Shown: positions 58,698 to 64,000 of the stretch, piece after piece
Numbering within the stretch: position 1 is the first letter of the stretch
How the letters are laid out: each line of letters opens with the position of its first letter
Assembly (NCBI GenBank): GCA_037441705.1
Contig: JBBIRR010000005.1
Span: 1-64,000 of the forward strand
DNA length: 64,000 nt
Origin: Ignavibacteriales bacterium
GTDB taxonomy: Bacteria; Bacteroidota; Ignavibacteria; UBA10030; UBA6906
Direction of reading: 5' to 3'
The notes under the pieces: generated by a model
What the model saw: only the letters and a program-made list of their open reading frames with translations
Told to the model about the DNA's origin: nothing
Database searches by the model: none
Position numbers and translations under genes: made by a program

Positions 58698-58970
58698 ATG
58701 TGTCGAAACATAAAGCCCCTTTTCAACTTCGAGCCGCCGGCAACGGACGAGGAAATCGCGGCGGCGTCGCTGCAATTTGTACGAAAGATCAGCGGTTTCA
58801 ACACGCCCTCGAAAGCAAACACTCGTGCGTTTGAAAAGGCTGTGCGTGATGTGACGCGCGTTGCTCGAACGCTGATTGATTCGCTGGAGACGGAAGCGCC
58901 GCCGCGAAGCAGGGACGCGGAAGCCGCGAAAGCCCGCGAGCGAGCACGCCGGCGATTCGGTGTTGCTTGA
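58698..58970 (+). CDS. DUF2277 family protein
   Basis: MCRNIKPLFNFEPPAT.EEI.AASLQFVRKISG hallmark. Confidence 0.88.
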   Translation: MCRNIKPLFNFEPPATDEEIAAASLQFVRKISGFNTPSKANTRAFEKAVRDVTRVARTLIDSLETEAPPRSRDAEAAKARERARRRFGVA

Positions 58971-59179
58971 CTGTCGGCTGTGGCTGTCAAACATTCCCAA
59001 GCCCCTACTTATCTCGAAATGCCTCGCGCTCTGGACTCGAACCGCAGATTCACTCTTGAACGCACATCATTAACGTGCAGTTGCTACCGCGGCCTTGTAT
59101 GAGTGCAGATACGGCATGCCCAGTGGCTGCCAATTCGTGTGTTTCTCGTTGAATCCGGCAGATCTCTCCGGTCGGCTCG

Positions 59180-59195
59180 TGGCATCATGGTTGCT
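59180..59195 (+). promoter_or_regulatory. Sigma54 (-24/-12) promoter upstream of the pilin-like operon
   Basis: TGGCATCATGGTTGCT = TGGCA-N6-TTGC with exact GG-N10-GC spacing, 32 nt before the ATG at 59228. Confidence 0.7.
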
Positions 59196-59227
59196 GTTGA
59201 GGAAGCCAACAACAAGCCGACGAAACC

Positions 59228-59752
59228 ATGAACACAGGACAGACGCTCTTTGTGCTGGGAGCTTTCGCACTACTCTCCACGCTGCTGGTGAATTTCTATT
59301 CACTTCTGGCCAGCTCGAACGATGTCGTCGCCAGCGGGCAAGATGGAATCCTCGCCACAACGCTGGCCGCATCCTATGTCGAGATTGCCCAGGGCCTATC
59401 GTTTGATCAAGTTAGCGATACTTCGGATCTCGCCATCGGCAATCCGAACATGCTGACTCCATCCCTCTCACTCGGACCGGAGGATCTTTCGGAAGTGGGA
59501 ATCGGAACGTTCAACGATTTTGATGACTTCAACAATTACAGCATCGAGCAGGAAGCGTCGGGAACCAACCGTCGTTTCAGGACGACGTTCAATGTGTACT
59601 ATGTTGATCCGACGAACGTGAACAACCCTACGACCACTCGTACTTTTGTGAAGCGCATGGACTTGAAGACCTGGCGGACGTATCCGCCGGTCAGCGGTAA
59701 AGTCGACACGCTTCGCACATCGGTGGTATTGGGATACTTTCATTTCGATTAG
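59228..59752 (+). CDS. Minor pilin-like protein (PilV/MshD-like)
   Basis: MNTG|QTLFVLGAFALL N-terminal hydrophobic helix; LSFDQ...LGPE...FNDFDDFNNY resembles the MshD-type F.D.DDY motif. Confidence 0.6.
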   Translation: MNTGQTLFVLGAFALLSTLLVNFYSLLASSNDVVASGQDGILATTLAASYVEIAQGLSFDQVSDTSDLAIGNPNMLTPSLSLGPEDLSEVGIGTFNDFDDFNNYSIEQEASGTNRRFRTTFNVYYVDPTNVNNPTTTRTFVKRMDLKTWRTYPPVSGKVDTLRTSVVLGYFHFD

Positions 59753-59761
59753 AAACGCATC

Positions 59762-60379
59762 ATGGCAACCATTCTCGACCTTATTGCATCCACGATCTTT
59801 GGCGGCATGCTGCTGGTAATCATCCTCAACGCCAACGATATGGCACTCGAGTCGCAAAGCATTCAAAACGGCGATGTGATGGTGCAGGAGATTCTCGTCT
59901 CGACGGTTCGGTTGATCGAGGGCGAGTATCGCAACATGGGATTTGGCGTTCCCGAACACACCGTCAGCGTTGTGGAGGCCGAGAGCTCACGGATCAGATT
60001 TCTTACGGATCTCGGCCGCGACGGCGGCGTTCCTGATACGATCACGTACTGGGTAGGCCCTACCAGTGAACTGCTCAGAACGCAGAACGAACTCGATCGC
60101 TATCTCTACCGCCGGGTAAACAACGAGACACCGCTCAAGGTTGGTGCGGTCACGGTATTTCGAATGGAATATCAAACACAGTCCGGCGAAGAACTTCCGA
60201 TTCCTGTCCCCTCCTCACGCCTCTCGGAAATCCATCTGGTAGAGGTGACAGTCGAGGTTCAGAACCCATACGCGATTAGCAAGAAGCAGGCACAGATCAA
60301 TCCTGGAGACAGAACAGCCAAGTTCTCAAGCGCCCTATGGCAGCAAACGCGCCTGGCATCGCAGAATACGCGACGCTGA
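59762..60379 (+). CDS. Minor pilin-like protein (PilW-like)
   Basis: M-ATILDLI aligns with pilin FTLIELL (Asp at +5); IEGEYRNMGFG resembles PilW-type 'dlR.aGy'; DTITYW, LYRRVN. Confidence 0.6.
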   Translation: MATILDLIASTIFGGMLLVIILNANDMALESQSIQNGDVMVQEILVSTVRLIEGEYRNMGFGVPEHTVSVVEAESSRIRFLTDLGRDGGVPDTITYWVGPTSELLRTQNELDRYLYRRVNNETPLKVGAVTVFRMEYQTQSGEELPIPVPSSRLSEIHLVEVTVEVQNPYAISKKQAQINPGDRTAKFSSALWQQTRLASQNTRR

Positions 60380-60398
60380 CAACAAAGGAGGAAGAGCT

Positions 60399-61682
60399 AT
60401 GGTAGGTAAGGCATCACTTATTGTTGTTCTTGGATTCATATCCATTTTTGGATACATATCCCTGAATCTGAGCCGCATGGCAACCAATGCTGTGGGAAAC
60501 ATGTCCTCCTATGTGGAGGCAACCGCTTCGCACAATCTCGCAGTAACCGGGGCCAACGTGGGGCTGGCGAAGTTCTACGTTGACACATCGTGGTATGGCA
60601 CTCTCACACAAACACTCAGTCCCCCACTGAAGGGAGGCTTTACCGTTGCGGTCGCTCCCCTGGGAGGAGACACCGTGCGCTTGCGCAGCGTGTCGACGTA
60701 TGTCGTGCCGCCGCCGAACGCGGAGACCCTACACGACACGGTCGATGTCTATTTCACGCGGCGAAAGTACAACAGTTTTTCTCTCTTTGCGTGGATGACA
60801 AATTTCGAAGGCAATGTGTTCTGGATTACTGCAGATACGGTCTGGGGGAGAGTCCATTCCAACGGCATGCTGCATGTCAACGGGCGCCCGGTATTCTATG
60901 AAAAGGTAACGACCTCGAAGAGATTCGATCCGAAGCCGGGCACCGGAACCAATCGAGCCATCTTCAAAAAAGGGTATGAGACGGGTGTTGCAACGATTGA
61001 TTTACCGAGCGATTTGTCTGTTCTGATTTCCGCTTCGAGTTCAGGCGGGGCACGGTACAACACTGATATCTGGGTCACCTTTTATCCCGGGACGTCCGCC
61101 AACAACGACGGTTTTGCCGTCATCAAAACCTCTCCTTCTGCTTCCACGGCGGATACCGTATATCTCGGCAGCGGAGGGTTCAACGGCGCAATCTATTCAA
61201 CCGGCAGAGTCCGTGTCAAAGGCACGGTCGACGGGCAGGTGACGCTTGGATCGGGCTCCGACCTGTACATTGATGACGATATCCGCTATGAACAGAATCC
61301 TCAGATTGTTTCCTCGAGCGATGATTTGTTGGGTCTCGTCTCCAATCGTGACATTCTGGTTGCCGACAATCCCGCGAACAACCTGAACTGCGAAATAGAT
61401 GCTTGCATCTTTGCACGCTCAGGCTCCTTCAAAGCCGAGAACTACAATACGCGTCCCGTCAGCGGCGAACTGAGGCTTTATGGCTCCATTGTGCAGGATA
61501 CCAGGGGAGCGGTCGGCACGTTTGGCGGCTCTGGAATTCTCTCCGGCTTCTCCAAGCGGTACAGGTTTGATACGCGCTTGAACGACCCGCAGTATCGACC
61601 TCCGTTCTATCCGGGGTTTTATACCAAGACGCTTGCCATTGCCAATTGGTGGGAGAGCTACCGCTTGCCTGAAATGCGGTGA
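60399..61682 (+). CDS. PilX-like protein with large C-terminal domain (DUF4900-like)
   Basis: MVG|KASLIVVLG TM helix, ASHNLAVTGANVGL (PilX_N-like); GRVHSNG, VKGTVDGQVT, DLLGLVS, GSIVQ..RGAVG, GFSKRYRFD.RL..PPFYP. Confidence 0.65.
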   Translation: MVGKASLIVVLGFISIFGYISLNLSRMATNAVGNMSSYVEATASHNLAVTGANVGLAKFYVDTSWYGTLTQTLSPPLKGGFTVAVAPLGGDTVRLRSVSTYVVPPPNAETLHDTVDVYFTRRKYNSFSLFAWMTNFEGNVFWITADTVWGRVHSNGMLHVNGRPVFYEKVTTSKRFDPKPGTGTNRAIFKKGYETGVATIDLPSDLSVLISASSSGGARYNTDIWVTFYPGTSANNDGFAVIKTSPSASTADTVYLGSGGFNGAIYSTGRVRVKGTVDGQVTLGSGSDLYIDDDIRYEQNPQIVSSSDDLLGLVSNRDILVADNPANNLNCEIDACIFARSGSFKAENYNTRPVSGELRLYGSIVQDTRGAVGTFGGSGILSGFSKRYRFDTRLNDPQYRPPFYPGFYTKTLAIANWWESYRLPEMR

Positions 61683-61705
61683 GGCATCCTCTCCGCTCGC
61701 AGCAT

Positions 61706-61743
61706 AACCCACCCGCGCTTCGTTGACGGGTGGGTTTTTGTTT
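61706..61743 (+). terminator. Intrinsic terminator of the pilin-like operon
   Basis: AACCCACCCG-N11-CGGGTGGGTT-TTTGTTT. Confidence 0.8.
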
Positions 61744-61802
61744 GAAGAATCCGGCGGCTGGTAGCGGTATGAACTCTGCCGGGAATTTTTTATCATTATG
61801 CT

Positions 61803-62807
61803 GTGAGAATAGGAACGATCGACATACACAACGGCATCCTCCTCGCCCCGATGGAGGATGTTACGGACCTTCCCTTCAGAGTGATCTGCAAGCGGCTCGG
61901 TGCCGACATTGTGTACACGGAGTTTGTCAACTCCGAGGGGCTGGTGCGTGGATCGGAGAAGACGAAACGCAAGATGGTGTTTTGGGAAGAGGAACGTCCG
62001 TTCGGCATCCAGATTTACGGCGGCGAACCTTCTTCCATGCACGCTGCCGCCCAGCTTGCGGAGAGCTTCGATCCCGATATCATCGACATCAATTGCGGCT
62101 GCTGGGTGAAAGACGTGGCTATGCGCGGTGCAGGCGCAGGGCTTCTGCGCGACCTTCCCAAGATGGAACGCATTGCCGCAGCCGTCGTCAACGCAGTGAA
62201 GAAACCGGTGACACTCAAGACGCGGCTGGGGTGGGACAAGAACAGCATTCGCATCGTTGAAGTCGCAAAAAGGTGTGAAGCGGTCGGCATCAAGGCCCTC
62301 ACCGTTCATTGCCGCACGCGGGATCAAGGACATAAGGGGCCTGTGGATTATAGTTGGATTCCGAAAATCAAGGAAGCAGTCTCCATTCCCATCATCGTCA
62401 ATGGTGACATTGTTTCACCGCAGAACGTGAAGCAGGTGTTCGAAACCACGGGCTGCGATGCCGTGATGATCGGGCGCGGGGCCATCCTCAACCCGTGGAT
62501 CTTCCGTCAGGCGAAGCATTACATGGCAACCGGCACGCTGCTGCCCGAACCAACACTTGAAGAACGAGTGAACCTCTTGCGCGAGCATCTGCGCCTTTCG
62601 GTGGAGTTCAAGGGCGAACGTGCAGGAGTCATCGAACTGCGGAAGCACTACTCGGGCTTTCTGCGTGGACTTCCCCATGTTTCCAAAATCCGCATGGAGT
62701 TGATGCAGTTTACCGAGGCGCGGCCGATTCTGGAACATCTGACGCGGTTTCTCGAGCTATACAGTCCTGGCACATCATCCCCATCGGCGGAGCCCGTTGC
62801 GGCATAA
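61803..62807 (+). CDS. dusB: tRNA-dihydrouridine synthase B
   Basis: LAPMEDVTD, YTEFV, IQIYG, DINCGC, GAGAGLL, VHCRT, NGDI, MIGRGA. Confidence 0.92.
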   Translation: MRIGTIDIHNGILLAPMEDVTDLPFRVICKRLGADIVYTEFVNSEGLVRGSEKTKRKMVFWEEERPFGIQIYGGEPSSMHAAAQLAESFDPDIIDINCGCWVKDVAMRGAGAGLLRDLPKMERIAAAVVNAVKKPVTLKTRLGWDKNSIRIVEVAKRCEAVGIKALTVHCRTRDQGHKGPVDYSWIPKIKEAVSIPIIVNGDIVSPQNVKQVFETTGCDAVMIGRGAILNPWIFRQAKHYMATGTLLPEPTLEERVNLLREHLRLSVEFKGERAGVIELRKHYSGFLRGLPHVSKIRMELMQFTEARPILEHLTRFLELYSPGTSSPSAEPVAA

Positions 62808-62940
62808 GGTTCATCTGACGAAGTGTATCGTGCCGAAGGTGCTGCCGAAGCCGACGTGAGTCTTCCATATACGGAATTCTTGCCCTGCTATCTGTGTTGA
62901 ATAGGGTAGCTCATTCTCATGTAGAGTGGAGGACTCGTCA

Positions 62941-63987
62941 ATGTCGTCTCCCCGTATTCTTGGTATCGGCACCGCCAATCCGCCGCAGCGCTACAGTCAG
63001 CGAGAGATATATGACTTTGCAGCGCGCCACGTTGAATCCTACCGCAATCCCCGCATCGAACACATCTTCATGACGAGTGACATCCAGTATCGCCACCTCG
63101 CCTTTGATATGCAGGCGCTATCGCCTCAGGAGTCCGCCGATGAAATGCACGCCCGCTTTGCTGAATATTCCGTGGCCATCGGCGAGGACGCAATCCGCCG
63201 CTGCCTGACAGAAGCCGGACTTGATGTTGATGACGTTGACTATTTTGTCGGCGTTACCTGCACGGGCTATCTGTGTCCCGGTCTGTCGGCCATCCTCATC
63301 AAACAGATGAACATGCGCACCGACGTTCAGCGTGCCGATCTTATCGGAATGGGCTGTGCGGGTGCAATGCCGGGTTTGCAACGGGCCTATGATTTCGTCA
63401 GAGCATATCCGAATAAGAAAGCATTGGTGCTCACTGTGGAGATTTGTTCGGCATGCTACTACATTGACGACACGCTGGAGACCGTTGTGGGCAACGCCAT
63501 CTGTGCCGACGGTGCAGCAGCAGTGGTTGTCGGTAATGGCGACGCGGGAGCGGGACCAGCCCTTTTGCAGTTTGAAACGCTCCTCGAGCCTTCCTATATT
63601 GATACGGTCGGATTCCAGTTTCGGGAGGGGAAACTCCGCATCGTGCTCTCGAAAGACATTCGCAACAGTGCCGGCGTGCTTGCAAAGGAAGTTGTTGCGC
63701 GCCTGTTGAGAGCGACGCATCTATCCAAGGAGCAGGTGAAGCATTGGATCGTGCATTCCGGCGGAAGGAAAGTGATCGACAACATCAAAGAGGAATTAGA
63801 ACTGAGTGAAGAACAGCTTCGTCACAGTCGGTGTGTGCTGAAAAACTACGGCAACATGTCGTCGCCTACGGTGCTATTCGTGTTACAGGAGACGATGCGT
63901 CACGGCAATCCCGCGCCCGGCGAGTTCGGCATCATGCTGGCGATGGGTCCCGGTCTGGCAATCGAGGCCGGTCTCGTTCAGTGGTAG
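62941..63987 (+). CDS. Type III polyketide synthase
   Basis: GIGTANP, TCTG, GMGC (Cys), ADGAAA, VHSGG (His), YGNMSS (Asn), AMGPG. Confidence 0.92.
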   Translation: MSSPRILGIGTANPPQRYSQREIYDFAARHVESYRNPRIEHIFMTSDIQYRHLAFDMQALSPQESADEMHARFAEYSVAIGEDAIRRCLTEAGLDVDDVDYFVGVTCTGYLCPGLSAILIKQMNMRTDVQRADLIGMGCAGAMPGLQRAYDFVRAYPNKKALVLTVEICSACYYIDDTLETVVGNAICADGAAAVVVGNGDAGAGPALLQFETLLEPSYIDTVGFQFREGKLRIVLSKDIRNSAGVLAKEVVARLLRATHLSKEQVKHWIVHSGGRKVIDNIKEELELSEEQLRHSRCVLKNYGNMSSPTVLFVLQETMRHGNPAPGEFGIMLAMGPGLAIEAGLVQW

Positions 63988-64000
63988 ATCAAGACAATCT

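Noticed and set aside
1-64000. CRISPR array, rRNA, IS/transposase, integrase, prophage, reverse transcriptase
   Set aside because: No regularly spaced repeats or diagnostic motifs were seen by eye or in the ORF track.

Overview
A 64 kb GC-rich bacterial chromosome segment, gene-dense and mostly on the + strand. The mix of T9SS-type C-terminal sorting domains, a PorV-like gene, TonB-dependent receptors, canonical sigma70 promoters and Shine-Dalgarno sites points to a non-Bacteroidia FCB lineage such as Ignavibacteria (inference). In order, it contains: a degenerate tRNA-Pro copy, intact tRNA-Pro(CGG) and a small GIY-YIG nuclease; divergent argD / argCJBRGH with tandem ARG boxes; a six-gene envelope operon (2 lipoproteins, TBDR, T9SS cargo, PorV-like, lamin-tail lipoprotein); a housekeeping block (yciO-like, plsC-like, response regulator, der, CoA-disulfide reductase-like, upp, rel, ruvX, mtgA, AlbA_2, trmH-like, cmk, ispH, rpsA, mtaB, DUF512 radical SAM, truA); M61 peptidase, AsnB-like protein and a second TBDR; comM and a pilin-like gene; icd-like; an M16 peptidase pair; four tandem T9SS cargo genes; EamA; DUF2277; three pilin-like genes behind a sigma54-type promoter; dusB; a type III PKS. 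No CRISPR array, rRNA, transposase or integrase was seen. The best candidates for undescribed biology are (1) apparently leaderless type IV pilin-like genes, (2) the SusD-free TBDR/T9SS-cargo/PorV cassette, (3) a tRNA copy remodelled by small palindromes next to a GIY-YIG gene, and (4) period-7 repeat tracts in T9SS CTD coding regions and at gene ends. All family assignments come from motif recognition by eye; no database searches were run.
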